Positions 18,230 to 27,097 are shown, counted from the first letter of the stretch. The stretch: DNA of 64,000 nucleotides from an uncultured Gammaproteobacteria bacterium (GCA_964422585.1 CAYRBH010000003.1:11397-75396); one strand, 5' to 3'. Notes: generated by a model from the sequence alone, not told the origin. Program-made: numbers and translations.

Positions 18230-18772
18230 TTATGCTTTTTCCAGTAGGAATCGCTTTAGTTCTTTGAATGCAATACTCCTATGACTTATGGTATTTTTCT
18301 CATCTGTACTCATCTCAGCGAATGTTTTTGTATGCCCAGCGGGTTGGAAGACAGGATCCCAGCCAAAGCTCGTGTCTCCCCGTGGGGGTACGAGGGTGCC
18401 CCGTAGCGTACCTTCGAAAAAATGAATTTCTTGGGCATGTTTCGCATAGCCCAGCATCACTCGCGCCGTCGCGCCGTAAGCACCGAATGTGTCGGCAATG
18501 CTATATAGGCCGGCAGCTCCTAGGGTGGTCAGGAACCATTTGATGAGAGGCCCTGGTAATCCCTGCAGAGCGTCGAGGTGGAGTGAGGTATCTTCTACGA
18601 TAAGCTCGCCGTCTTTGTGTTTCAATGCTTCAGTTAACTTCGCCTGAATGATGACTTTTGGATCGAGCTCTTGTATCTCGGGAAGGTCCAGGGCGAATCC
18701 TTCTATGGCAGGCAGTATGGCTTGCGCCTCTTTTAGTTTATTCGGATTGCCGGTGATGAAATACAATGACAT
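18230..18772 (-). CDS. rdgB: Non-canonical purine NTP pyrophosphatase (dITP/XTP pyrophosphatase, Ham1/RdgB family)
   Basis: N-terminal FITGNPNKLKEA and SFGWDPVFQP motifs. Confidence 0.85.
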   Translation of the reverse strand: MSLYFITGNPNKLKEAQAILPAIEGFALDLPEIQELDPKVIIQAKLTEALKHKDGELIVEDTSLHLDALQGLPGPLIKWFLTTLGAAGLYSIADTFGAYGATARVMLGYAKHAQEIHFFEGTLRGTLVPPRGDTSFGWDPVFQPAGHTKTFAEMSTDEKNTISHRSIAFKELKRFLLEKA

Positions 18773-18800
18773 GGTCCTATTCTACCCGACTTCGGTTGCT

Positions 18801-20036
18801 CTAGCAATTACTTCCGGCAACAAAACCAGTGGTCCAGCAGAGTTGTAGGCTATAACCGCCGGATGGTCTATCGATATTCAGCACATCGCCTATGAGATAG
18901 AGGTTTGGGACGATACGGGATCGCATTGTTTTGAACTGTATCTCTTCCAGGCTGACGCCTCCAGAGGAGATTACTGCTTTGTCGGCCCCAAGAAGGCCCT
19001 TCACATGCAGCGGAATACCTTTGACTAGGGTTATAAGTTTCGTCCGGTCTTCACTGCGGACGCTATGATTCGGTGTTTCGCCGTTGACTTCGGCGAGCAC
19101 CAGCGCAGCTGGGACTACTGATGCCGGCATCAGTCTACTAAGCGTATTTTTCAATTTTTTATTGCTGTCAGCCATGAGTACTTTTTGTAGCTGAGCTTTC
19201 AGCGCGCCATGATCCAGCTTTGGAAAGAGATCAAGCATGATACTAACATCGCCATACTGTAGTAATTCGCCGACATCTTTACTCATATTGAGCACTGTTG
19301 GCCCGCTGATACCAACATGCGTGAACAGTAGCTTGCCTGTATAGGCCTCCTGTTTCTGATTATGTTGAAAGGTCGTGAGTCTGATATCACTGGGTTTAAC
19401 CCCGCAAAGCTTTTTCTCCCATGCATCGGATAGCGCTATCGGCCCGAGCGCGACATCATTCTCAATGATGGTATGGCCCAACTTTTTCAGCCAGCGGAAG
19501 CCTTCTCCGGTTGAGCCGGTCTCAGGGCGCGACGTGCCGCCAGTTGCAAGTATACAGGCCTTGGCTCGCACTATATTTCCGCCCTTCAGTTTAATGCTCA
19601 TTATCTCTTTCTCGGCTGAGATGCTTGTTACTTCAGCTTCTGTTCGTATCTCAACACGATGTTCCTGTATGTAGCTTACTAACACATCCCAGACGGACCT
19701 GGCTGTATTTGAAACAGGGAATACTCTGCCTTCAGCTTCGACCTTGGTCGCCATCCCGCGTTGATGGAAAAATAAAAGCGCGTCTTCTACGCTGAACTGC
19801 GAAAAAGCAGAAAAAAGGAATTTGTCATTTCCCTTGTATTTTTGCAACATGTTCCGTATCTCGGGTCTATCGTTCGTGAGATTGCAGCGACCACCTCCGG
19901 TGATGAGCAGCTTTTTCCCAAGCGAGGCATTCTTTTCAAGCAGGAGGACTTTTTTTCCCCGTTCGGCGGCGCGGCCCGCGGCCATCATGCCAGCAGGACC
20001 TCCGCCGATTACGATGATGTCCCAACGTATTTCCAT
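18801..20036 (-). CDS. HI0933/BaiN-like NAD(P)/FAD-dependent oxidoreductase (aminoacetone oxidase family flavoprotein)
   Basis: DIIVIGGGPAGMMAAGRAAERG dinucleotide-binding motif. 411 aa. C-terminal GDVLNIDRPSGGYSLQ motif of the HI0933 family. Confidence 0.7.
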   Translation of the reverse strand: MEIRWDIIVIGGGPAGMMAAGRAAERGKKVLLLEKNASLGKKLLITGGGRCNLTNDRPEIRNMLQKYKGNDKFLFSAFSQFSVEDALLFFHQRGMATKVEAEGRVFPVSNTARSVWDVLVSYIQEHRVEIRTEAEVTSISAEKEIMSIKLKGGNIVRAKACILATGGTSRPETGSTGEGFRWLKKLGHTIIENDVALGPIALSDAWEKKLCGVKPSDIRLTTFQHNQKQEAYTGKLLFTHVGISGPTVLNMSKDVGELLQYGDVSIMLDLFPKLDHGALKAQLQKVLMADSNKKLKNTLSRLMPASVVPAALVLAEVNGETPNHSVRSEDRTKLITLVKGIPLHVKGLLGADKAVISSGGVSLEEIQFKTMRSRIVPNLYLIGDVLNIDRPSGGYSLQLCWTTGFVAGSNC

Positions 20037-20040
20037 AGGG

Positions 20041-20247
20041 CTATTCTACGATCTGCTGCACTCTACCAACTTGGCCATCGGTCAAGCGTACCTTGATACC
20101 GCGTGGATGGAATGAAGCGCTTGTCAGAATGTCCCGCACAATGCCTCTCGTGAGCTTGCCGGTTGGCTGATCCGCTTTCAGCACAATGTCTACCAGTAAG
20201 CCGGGAACGATATCTTTTCTATCTTGTCCTTCCATGGTGAGATTCAT
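20041..20247 (-). CDS. YwbE-like small protein (DUF2196)
   Basis: GIVRDILTSASFHPRGIKVRLTDGQVGRVQ matches the YwbE family consensus. Confidence 0.55.
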   Translation of the reverse strand: MNLTMEGQDRKDIVPGLLVDIVLKADQPTGKLTRGIVRDILTSASFHPRGIKVRLTDGQVGRVQQIVE

Positions 20248-20831
20248 TGCATCAGCTCATTCAGAAGCTCGCCGGCACCTATTTTTTTCTCCGCAGAATA
20301 GGGGATGAGCGGATGCGAGCCGACGATATCCCGGATGGTTTGCAGCTGGCTTTGCAGCTCTGATTTCTTGATCCTATCTACCTTATTCGCAACGACAATG
20401 ATATTTTTCTCATGCTCTTCGAGAGAGCGTAGCATATCCAGGTCATTGTCCTGTAGACCGATATAGGCGTCTATGATGAGGACAACCTTCTTCTGTGTAT
20501 AGGACGAATTAAATAAGTACCAGTTGATCAGCTTCTCAAGTTTCTCTCGCAACTGCCTCGAGACCTTGGTGAAGCCATATCCGGGCAGGTCCAGCAAGTA
20601 GAATGAGTTATTTATTAAGAATAGGTTGATCTCCTGTGTGCGCCCAGGTGTAGAGCTGGTGCGCGCGAGGCCCTTTTGATTCGTTAATGAATTGATGACA
20701 GAAGATTTGCCCACATTCGAGCGGCCAATGAAGGCGACCTGCGCCTTTCCGTCGTCGAGTATATCATCGGTGCCAATGATGCCCTTGATGAACTGTGCTG
20801 AAGTTATGTTCATACGTAAGCATACTAGCAA
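20244..20831 (-). CDS. engB: Ribosome biogenesis GTP-binding protein EngB/YsxC (YihA)
   Basis: FIGRSNVGKSSVINSL (G1), TPGRTQ (G2), DLPGYG (G3), NKVD (G4). Confidence 0.85.
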   Translation of the reverse strand: MLVCLRMNITSAQFIKGIIGTDDILDDGKAQVAFIGRSNVGKSSVINSLTNQKGLARTSSTPGRTQEINLFLINNSFYLLDLPGYGFTKVSRQLREKLEKLINWYLFNSSYTQKKVVLIIDAYIGLQDNDLDMLRSLEEHEKNIIVVANKVDRIKKSELQSQLQTIRDIVGSHPLIPYSAEKKIGAGELLNELMQ

Positions 20832-20881
20832 AGGATCATTTAAATTGCCACTCTGTTCAGAGTGTTGAGATGCGAATGCAG

Positions 20882-21571
20882 TTATTGTACGGTGATGGTC
20901 GCGCTATAGGTCCCTTGTTTCCCGGTGCATGCTAGTGCTTCGCCACAGCTGGTACGATGCGCAGTGATCATAGCTTTGCCGACTGTTTGCGCAGTGAAGG
21001 TAGTAGTCACTGTACCCGCGCCTGAGCCAGGCACATGTCCTTGCAGCATAGGTGCATAGATCGGATCGGCATCTTGTCGCACCACCTTAGTGTCTGAGCT
21101 GCCATCGATCTGCCAGTAGGTGCTATTGAGTATGAGCGTGAGGGTGTCTCCCATCTTCATCGTGGCTGTGCCACCATTCTGAGTTTCATCGATGGTCTGC
21201 GTAGGTGTTTTTAGGATATCGGGGCAGGCACCTTGTTTGTAGGAAGGGACGAGCGGGTTCTTGCACGCTTCGCATGCGTTGGAGAATGTTTTTTGGATAG
21301 GGTAGCAGGGAGCCTTGAAGCATTCGATAGTGACCGTGGCGCAGACAGGGGCATAATCAGTGGTACAAAATGCTGCAGTACGCTGGCTAGGATCGCAGGT
21401 GATCGAAGCGGTGCCAGTAGGCGTCGATGTTGGTTTCACTGGTGGCACATTCGTAGGCTGCACCGTCGGTATAGTTACTGACGGGGCATTCGTTGCCTGT
21501 AGGTTGGTTGTGAGCGTGCAGCCGCTCAGGGCAAGCGCTGCACAGCTAATGATAAAGAGTCTGTTATGCAT
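20882..21571 (-). CDS. Lipoprotein with Thr/Pro-rich linker and Kazal-like cysteine-rich domain
   Basis: Lipobox LALSGC. PVCATVTIECFKAPCYPIQKTFSNACEACKN...GAC resembles Kazal spacing (PLCG...TYxNxCxxC...C). Confidence 0.4.
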   Translation of the reverse strand: MHNRLFIISCAALALSGCTLTTNLQATNAPSVTIPTVQPTNVPPVKPTSTPTGTASITCDPSQRTAAFCTTDYAPVCATVTIECFKAPCYPIQKTFSNACEACKNPLVPSYKQGACPDILKTPTQTIDETQNGGTATMKMGDTLTLILNSTYWQIDGSSDTKVVRQDADPIYAPMLQGHVPGSGAGTVTTTFTAQTVGKAMITAHRTSCGEALACTGKQGTYSATITVQ

Positions 21572-21647
21572 AAGAAGGTTACGAGATAGTACAGCTAGAC
21601 CTCAAGTGTATAGTATCCCTCCGCCGGTTTCAAGAGCAGCGCCAAGA

Positions 21648-22373
21648 TTAGAATCCGAGTATGCTCGTCGGCGCCGTGAATAATGCCGCCTGAGGGCCTT
21701 TCTGTAGATCTGGCTCCACATAATCATGGTTCGCCTGTATTAATTCATCGTACCTATACATAAAGTTGTGACCCCTATCAGTGCCTGGATCTTGGGTGAT
21801 GAATTTCTGGGCGCCATTGTCATAGCCCGAAATGACGATGACATGATAGTTCGGCGTGACCGCGTCATAGTAGGGGTTAGAGACCAGACGGGCATCAATC
21901 GGGAAGATGATGGGTCTTCCTTCAGCAAGTTCATTCTTCAGTTGATCGAGCGTCGGATTAGTCACGATGCGGGCATGCCAGTTGAGATGTGCCGCTGTGA
22001 TGATACGCAGAACAGTTTGCATCGATTCATTCCTGCTCACGCCGAAATGTTGCTGTTTGACGCTTAAGATATGTGTTATCTCCGCGATGGCCTTGGCTGG
22101 ATCGAGTGATGTATGACGATAATAGTCATTGACCATAACGATCGAGGTTTCCTCACAAGCATCCTCCCATGGTTCAGCCCAGTTCCCAGTGGGCGCTTGC
22201 GAGGTGAAGGGCACCGAGAGATCCTTCTGGTTCGGGGTTAGAACATGTTGCAGGAGCGGCAGATCACTCAAGAGAGGGACTGGAATATGTCGCATTGTGA
22301 ACACAACGATAATGCCCACGAGTATCACCGTGCCGCCGAGGACCAGGTGTTGTAGTGTATGACGAAGGGTCAT
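21648..22373 (-). CDS. Membrane-anchored C39-like (BtrH/Peptidase_C39_2) cysteine peptidase
   Basis: N-terminal TM. Putative catalytic Cys in DACEETSIVMVNDYY, His in NYHVIVISGYDNG, and FITQDPG motif. Confidence 0.6.
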   Translation of the reverse strand: MTLRHTLQHLVLGGTVILVGIIVVFTMRHIPVPLLSDLPLLQHVLTPNQKDLSVPFTSQAPTGNWAEPWEDACEETSIVMVNDYYRHTSLDPAKAIAEITHILSVKQQHFGVSRNESMQTVLRIITAAHLNWHARIVTNPTLDQLKNELAEGRPIIFPIDARLVSNPYYDAVTPNYHVIVISGYDNGAQKFITQDPGTDRGHNFMYRYDELIQANHDYVEPDLQKGPQAALFTAPTSILGF

Positions 22374-22376
22374 GGT

Positions 22377-22742
22377 CTACTGTTGTTCAAGCCACTCAAT
22401 GACCTCGTCCAGGACGCCGCTGATCAGATCAAGATCTTCTTGTGTGGGGAAGCGTTTCGATGTTTCTTGAAAAATAATCTCACATGCAGCGTCCATGTGA
22501 GCAGTAAGTTCTGATGAGGGTGAAAACAATCCTTCCGCCGCCCTTTCTTGGATAGAACGGAAATAATATCCAACAGGCATTCTCCAGCCGGAGGTCACTC
22601 TCCGCTTATCATCGCCTAGTTCATCAGAGTGTACGGTTGTATCTGGGATGCCGTCTTTCCAGCCGTCACGAAGCCATCTCAGCTTGGCTAAATAGTGATC
22701 AACAATTTCTTTTTTTGATTCACCCGCCTTCTCAGGTCCCAT
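22377..22742 (-). CDS. Hypothetical protein
   Basis: 121 aa ORF, no recognised motif. Confidence 0.3.
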   Translation of the reverse strand: MGPEKAGESKKEIVDHYLAKLRWLRDGWKDGIPDTTVHSDELGDDKRRVTSGWRMPVGYYFRSIQERAAEGLFSPSSELTAHMDAACEIIFQETSKRFPTQEDLDLISGVLDEVIEWLEQQ

Positions 22743-22764
22743 CTCGTTTATAGTTGTAGATGCA

Positions 22765-23118
22765 TTACTTTTTCGGCCAGGCTTTTCCAGGGATGCCGCC
22801 GATGGCGATCATGGTTACACCCTTGTCTCCTGGTACGAATTTCCGTTTCTGATCAGCGTCAGCATGTATGAAAGTGCCGGGAGTTACTTCATAACTCTGG
22901 CCATTAGCTTCCAATGTGGCACTTCCTTCGACCACATAGTACACTTCTTCCTGCCCATCAGCGCTATGATCATGGTCAGGGTAGTCTTTCCAATGTGGCG
23001 GTAATTTCAGCAAATTCATGCCCCAGGCAGTCACTCCGAGGCCTTTGCCTGCATAGTTAAATTGCCCTCCGTTCGCATAGCTTTCGAAATCCTTGATGGT
23101 TTTGATGGTGATACTCAT
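22765..23118 (-). CDS. Cupin-domain protein
   Basis: HDHSADGQEEVYYVVEG ... GTFIHADA two-motif cupin pattern. 117 aa. Confidence 0.7.
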   Translation of the reverse strand: MSITIKTIKDFESYANGGQFNYAGKGLGVTAWGMNLLKLPPHWKDYPDHDHSADGQEEVYYVVEGSATLEANGQSYEVTPGTFIHADADQKRKFVPGDKGVTMIAIGGIPGKAWPKK

Positions 23119-23170
23119 AGAGATTTGTTAGTTGCTTAGAATAGTAGTATAACGGAAAATACAGAGATAG

Positions 23171-23206
23171 ACAAAAGAACAGGCCGCCCTGAAAGGCGGC
23201 CTGTTC
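23171..23206 (-). terminator. Rho-independent terminator (12 bp perfect stem GAACAGGCCGCC/GGCGGCCTGTTC, loop CTGAAA; T-tract on minus strand)
   Basis: Read at 23177-23206. Minus-strand downstream sequence is TTTTGTCTATC. Confidence 0.65.
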
Positions 23207-23219
23207 AAATACTAGGCTA

Positions 23220-23801
23220 CTATTTTTTCTCCGCGGCCATCATGCGTCTGCGCATGGTATCGCCATACACATCGAGGATGAATGTCGCCACAAGTATGAT
23301 GAGCAGTCCCAGGCCGAGCATAGCGGTCAGGTTGTCGATACGTGATTCCACTTCTCGCATATTCCGCCCAGCTAGGACATAGTAGTCAGGGTTGCCTGGC
23401 ACATAGCGCACGACCAAGGCGATGCGTGTCGACGGATCCAGTTGCCAGGTCACTCGATTCTCTCCTGATTGTTTCGCATGCTGGAAGACACCGAACGGAG
23501 GCTTCGGTGGAGCACTGTTGATGAATGCGGTCGTCTGGATGGGAGTCCCGTTCGCGTCATAGACACCCATGAATGTAGCGAGACTTTTGTGCAGGTCAAA
23601 GAGGTAATCTTGAGGTACGACCTCGGAGGCCTGTTTGCCAGCTAGCAGCCCATTAGCCATATCTTGAGTCAGTTGTATTTGAGGATCATTCAATGATTGC
23701 CGGTAATTCTGTTGTACCGCGACATAGATAAGCCCGCAGATGCCAATACAGGCGGCCGCTAAGGGAAGCCAATGCAAGAAGATGCCGGTGAAGCGTTTCA
23801 T
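23220..23801 (-). CDS. Hypothetical membrane protein (N- and C-terminal TM)
   Basis: Hydrophobic FLHWLPLAAACIGICGLIYVAV and LGLGLLIILVATFIL. Confidence 0.3.
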   Translation of the reverse strand: MKRFTGIFLHWLPLAAACIGICGLIYVAVQQNYRQSLNDPQIQLTQDMANGLLAGKQASEVVPQDYLFDLHKSLATFMGVYDANGTPIQTTAFINSAPPKPPFGVFQHAKQSGENRVTWQLDPSTRIALVVRYVPGNPDYYVLAGRNMREVESRIDNLTAMLGLGLLIILVATFILDVYGDTMRRRMMAAEKK

Positions 23802-23846
23802 AGTATTCTGAAGTATAGCAAAGTGTCGAGAGGCTGGATAGTTTCT

Positions 23847-24401
23847 CTATTCCTTACACGGCCCCCAAGCATGTAGATTGTGTTTGGTGCAGGTACAGTT
23901 TTCATGGCTTCGCCAGAACGAGGGACAGCCAGCACGCGGCGCTCGACCTTCTCCTAAGAAGTTTTCTTCGCTCGGCAACCTAAAATCTGCAGAGATTTTT
24001 TCTGGCAATACGCTGTAGAGTTTCCGATCATCATCAATCGTCCGTTCTCTCTCATGGATATCTCGATGTGCGCGGATCGCCGACTCAATAGTTTTCAGCT
24101 CTTTGATGAGCGCTGCCTCGTTCATCTCGCGCAGATCATCATCCCACTGCGCTGGGTCATAGGGCGCTTCGGTTTGCTGTGGTTCAGGAGTATCAGATTT
24201 CCGATAGGTCCAATATGAACGACAACAGCGCATTGCTTCTGCAAATGGCGGCGGAGTACGCGGCTCCCCCGGGCTATCTTTAAGCAGAGCCCAGACTGAA
24301 TAATCGTCTACCCAGCAGCGATCATCGCCTTTTTGATCGCGATGGTTACGGATCGCAGAGCGAAGCTTTCGAATGGACTCGCGATGTTGCTGAGCGGTCA
24401 T
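23847..24401 (-). CDS. Hypothetical protein with internal about 40 aa duplication and C-terminal Cys cluster
   Basis: SAIRNHRDQKGDDRCWVDDYSVWALL vs SAIRAHRDIHERERTIDDDRKLYSVLPE. C-terminal CPSFWRSHENCTCTKHNLHAWGPC. Confidence 0.3.
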   Translation of the reverse strand: MTAQQHRESIRKLRSAIRNHRDQKGDDRCWVDDYSVWALLKDSPGEPRTPPPFAEAMRCCRSYWTYRKSDTPEPQQTEAPYDPAQWDDDLREMNEAALIKELKTIESAIRAHRDIHERERTIDDDRKLYSVLPEKISADFRLPSEENFLGEGRAPRAGCPSFWRSHENCTCTKHNLHAWGPCKE

Positions 24402-24411
24402 ATGGTGGTAT

Positions 24412-24786
24412 TTATAGGAGCTGTGTCACAAGCCAGGCGAGAGGCATAGTGAGCGCTGCCAAAGTCCAAGCATACCACGCAGGTCCGAGATGTGCATTGG
24501 CAGTACCAATTGCCGCCGCCACGCTGCCGACGGTTCCGATGATGCCGAGTATCAAGACATGCTGTTTGGGATGATGCGGCGCAAGCTTCGCAACCACATA
24601 AAAACCAAGTCCATTATAGATACTCCGATAAATAATCACGATCCAGATAAGCCAGGCTGCGACATAGAGGTTTCCTTTTGGCAACATACCGACGCTTTCC
24701 AACGCGAAATCAGTGCTATGTGACAGTATCGCTCCGACGAGGATTCCGGCGACACAAGCCCAGATGCTTTTGAGTGCGGTTTTCAT
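24412..24786 (-). CDS. Small polytopic membrane protein (hypothetical)
   Basis: Four hydrophobic helices. 4-nt overlap with the upstream gene. Confidence 0.35.
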   Translation of the reverse strand: MKTALKSIWACVAGILVGAILSHSTDFALESVGMLPKGNLYVAAWLIWIVIIYRSIYNGLGFYVVAKLAPHHPKQHVLILGIIGTVGSVAAAIGTANAHLGPAWYAWTLAALTMPLAWLVTQLL

Positions 24787-25598
24787 AAAGCGTTTCGTTG
24801 ATGCTCTCTATACAAATATAATTTTAGTATATAGAGCAGAAGAAAGACAGGCGAAAGGATCGCTAAGAAAGGGAAGAGGCCATAGCTGGGGAGTTGCTGT
24901 GATAATATAATAAAAACGATAGGAACTATTGCACTAAGAACAACTGTTATATACCAGGTTTTTATTGTAGAAAAACCTTCAGACAAGAGTAACATTGCCA
25001 GCAAGAGGAAGGTGATGTCCCCGGTACCAATGCTGAGATCGCCACTTTGTAATAATGGACTAAAGGTTAGGTTAAAGGGTTGTGTAACGATGTCTAAGGT
25101 ATGGACAGTCGGCGTCAATAGAACAAAATGGACATCAAGTAAGCCGACTACGGCGAAGATCAGTATCCAGATCCATTTCTGAATAGTTATTCGCTTCAAG
25201 AATAATGAGACAGCGGCTATATACGCAAAAAGCACTAGAAGATTGTTGAATACTTCTGATTGCAAGAAGTATGTTATGAGAATTAACACTTCAGAAGTGA
25301 CGGTCGCATATATGAGCGCGCGAGGAGCTGTATATTTTTTGAGAAATGGTAAGAAGAAAAAAATAAAAACTAACCAAAAGAAAAGTACTATGTATACGCG
25401 ATCGCTGAAACCGCCAATCTCCGGAAGCAGTACGTTTACTAAGGTAAGTACACCAGGTAGGATAAAAGCTTTCTTCGTTTCTTGACCTCCAATTTTTTGC
25501 TCGATCCAGGCATAGGATGGCAGCAGAGTAAAATATATAGTGGCACTACGTAAACCACAAAAAGTGTATAGCGTTAGCAGAAGTATAGACTTAACCAT
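24783..25598 (-). CDS. Polytopic membrane protein, candidate GXGD-type intramembrane aspartyl protease (divergent A24 prepilin peptidase-like)
   Basis: About 7 TM helices. LDVHFVLLTP resembles the PilD IDLxHQLLPD first-Asp motif. GTGDITFLLLAMLL resembles GGGDVKLLAALG. No N-terminal Zn/methyltransferase domain. Confidence 0.3.
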   Translation of the reverse strand: MVKSILLLTLYTFCGLRSATIYFTLLPSYAWIEQKIGGQETKKAFILPGVLTLVNVLLPEIGGFSDRVYIVLFFWLVFIFFFLPFLKKYTAPRALIYATVTSEVLILITYFLQSEVFNNLLVLFAYIAAVSLFLKRITIQKWIWILIFAVVGLLDVHFVLLTPTVHTLDIVTQPFNLTFSPLLQSGDLSIGTGDITFLLLAMLLLSEGFSTIKTWYITVVLSAIVPIVFIILSQQLPSYGLFPFLAILSPVFLLLYILKLYLYREHQRNAL

Positions 25599-26106
25599 AA
25601 AACTTTTTTACCAACAGAGGTAGATCGCCTTTGGTTAGCTCTCCTTGCGCTATACGTTCAAATAGCTCTTTTGGCGTCAACCAGAAATATTCAGTAAAAT
25701 CTTTTGTATTGTAGTCGGGAGCAATTTCAGACATAAGTTCATACACATTCATGAAAGCGGAAACGCCGTCGGTGTGAGGAGTAAGATGCCCAAGCATTTT
25801 TATTTTCTTCGTATCAGTATTAATGTTGAGTTCTTCTTGTGCCTCTCTCTTTAGTGTTTGATCATAGCTTTCGCCACTTTCAACATGACCGCCCATGCTC
25901 ATATCCAGGCCAAGGGGAAAGACTCTTTTATCTGCCGCACGCCGAGGAATCCATATCTGACCCTTTGAGTTTATTAAAAATAGGTTTACAACACGAAAAT
26001 TTGATAATCGCTGAGCGTATACCTCAGATCGTTTCTTTTTTCCAATGACGTGGTCATGCTCGTCTACCAAGTCGAGATATTCGTCATCGCTAAGTATTAT
26101 GGACAT
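25591..26106 (-). CDS. NUDIX hydrolase
   Basis: Nudix box GGHVESGESYDQTLKREAQEELNI (Gx5Ex7REUxEExGU). Confidence 0.8.
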   Translation of the reverse strand: MSIILSDDEYLDLVDEHDHVIGKKKRSEVYAQRLSNFRVVNLFLINSKGQIWIPRRAADKRVFPLGLDMSMGGHVESGESYDQTLKREAQEELNINTDTKKIKMLGHLTPHTDGVSAFMNVYELMSEIAPDYNTKDFTEYFWLTPKELFERIAQGELTKGDLPLLVKKFYG

Positions 26107-26116
26107 ATAGTTTTTC

Positions 26117-26207
26117 TGGCGGAGACGGGAGGATTCGAACCTCCGAGACCCTTTGGGGGTCTAACGCTTTTCGAGAGCGCCCCGTTCAACCACTCTGGCA
26201 CGTCTCC
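26117..26207 (-). tRNA. tRNA-Ser (anticodon CGA), long variable arm, genomically encoded CCA
   Basis: Reverse complement reads GGAGACGTGCCAGAGTGGTTGAACGGGGCGCTCTCGAAAAGCGT...GGTTCGAATCCTCCCGTCTCCGCCA. Acceptor stem GGAGACG/CGTCTCC. Anticodon loop CUCGAAA. Confidence 0.85.
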
Positions 26208-26285
26208 ATGACCGAGCTTAGTATACTGATTTTAAGTATTTTTTCAATGAGCAGGTGCTTTGTGGTATACTATGGCTATCGATCT

Positions 26286-27074
26286 ATGACTATTACCTAT
26301 CCCAAGGGCGACAATGAGTATGCCGGAGGCTCAGCGGCGCCAAGTGGAGGCTCTCCTCACTTGACGGCAATAGCGATCGCGGTGAGTATTGTTTTCATCG
26401 TGGTGGCAACAGGCCTCTGGTTCGGTTTTTCGCAATCACAGAAAGCCATAGAATCTGTCCCGGCAGCAGTCATACCTCCGAAGTCGACTCCAGCAGTAGC
26501 GCAGGCCCGCGTGTATGAGGCGACTGATGGCCTGAAGCAATGTCAGAAGAACACGCCGGATCTCGCTACCGCTGACGCGCGGCAGAAGCGACAGAATTGT
26601 TACTATGCGGTTATGACTGTTTTCGCGACCTCGGCTATTTGTGATATCACGTCGCTTGACGCCACCAGTGCAGATCTCTGCAGGCAAGCCGTTGCTCGTT
26701 TCGTTAAGGACTACCCTAATGGTGTACCGTTAGATCAACCTTCGGCTTCCGCACCATCGAGTGCTCCGGGTGGAACTTCCCAGACCGCGAATGGTGCCGC
26801 GACTGGCCATGGCACGACTGGTGGAGTGAACAAGAATACGAATACCAACAGCGGAGGGGCTAACTCGAATACGAACACCTCCTCGGGTACGAGTAACACG
26901 AATAGCGTCAGCGCAACGAATACTAACTCTTCTGGTAATACCAATAGCGCAGGTACTGGTCCGACCTCGGGAAATCAGAACGGCAACACGAATACATCCA
27001 CGAATACTAAGCCTTTGTGTGTCAATGATCCTGGCACCGTGACCCTGCTTGAGCATACGAACGATTGCCAATAG
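26286..27074 (+). CDS. Membrane-anchored secreted protein with Asn/Thr/Ser-rich low-complexity C-terminal region
   Basis: Start trimmed to MTITYPKG (26286), because the 26208 start would abut the tRNA. TM segment AIAIAVSIVFIVVATGLWFGF. NTNTNSGGANSNTNTSSGTSNTN repeats. Confidence 0.4.
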   Translation: MTITYPKGDNEYAGGSAAPSGGSPHLTAIAIAVSIVFIVVATGLWFGFSQSQKAIESVPAAVIPPKSTPAVAQARVYEATDGLKQCQKNTPDLATADARQKRQNCYYAVMTVFATSAICDITSLDATSADLCRQAVARFVKDYPNGVPLDQPSASAPSSAPGGTSQTANGAATGHGTTGGVNKNTNTNSGGANSNTNTSSGTSNTNSVSATNTNSSGNTNSAGTGPTSGNQNGNTNTSTNTKPLCVNDPGTVTLLEHTNDCQ

Positions 27075-27097
27075 TTTTGCAGGAAAGGTGCTCTGAG

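Noticed and set aside
26208-26285. Upstream start of the 288 aa plus-strand ORF abutting the tRNA-Ser
   Set aside because: It would begin at the first base after the tRNA 5' end with no promoter or RBS room. The internal Met at 26286 gives a sensible N-terminus before a TM segment.
26780-27010. AAT/ACG-rich low-complexity DNA considered as a microsatellite
   Set aside because: It encodes the Asn/Thr/Ser-rich tail of the secreted protein in-frame. It is not a perfect tandem repeat.
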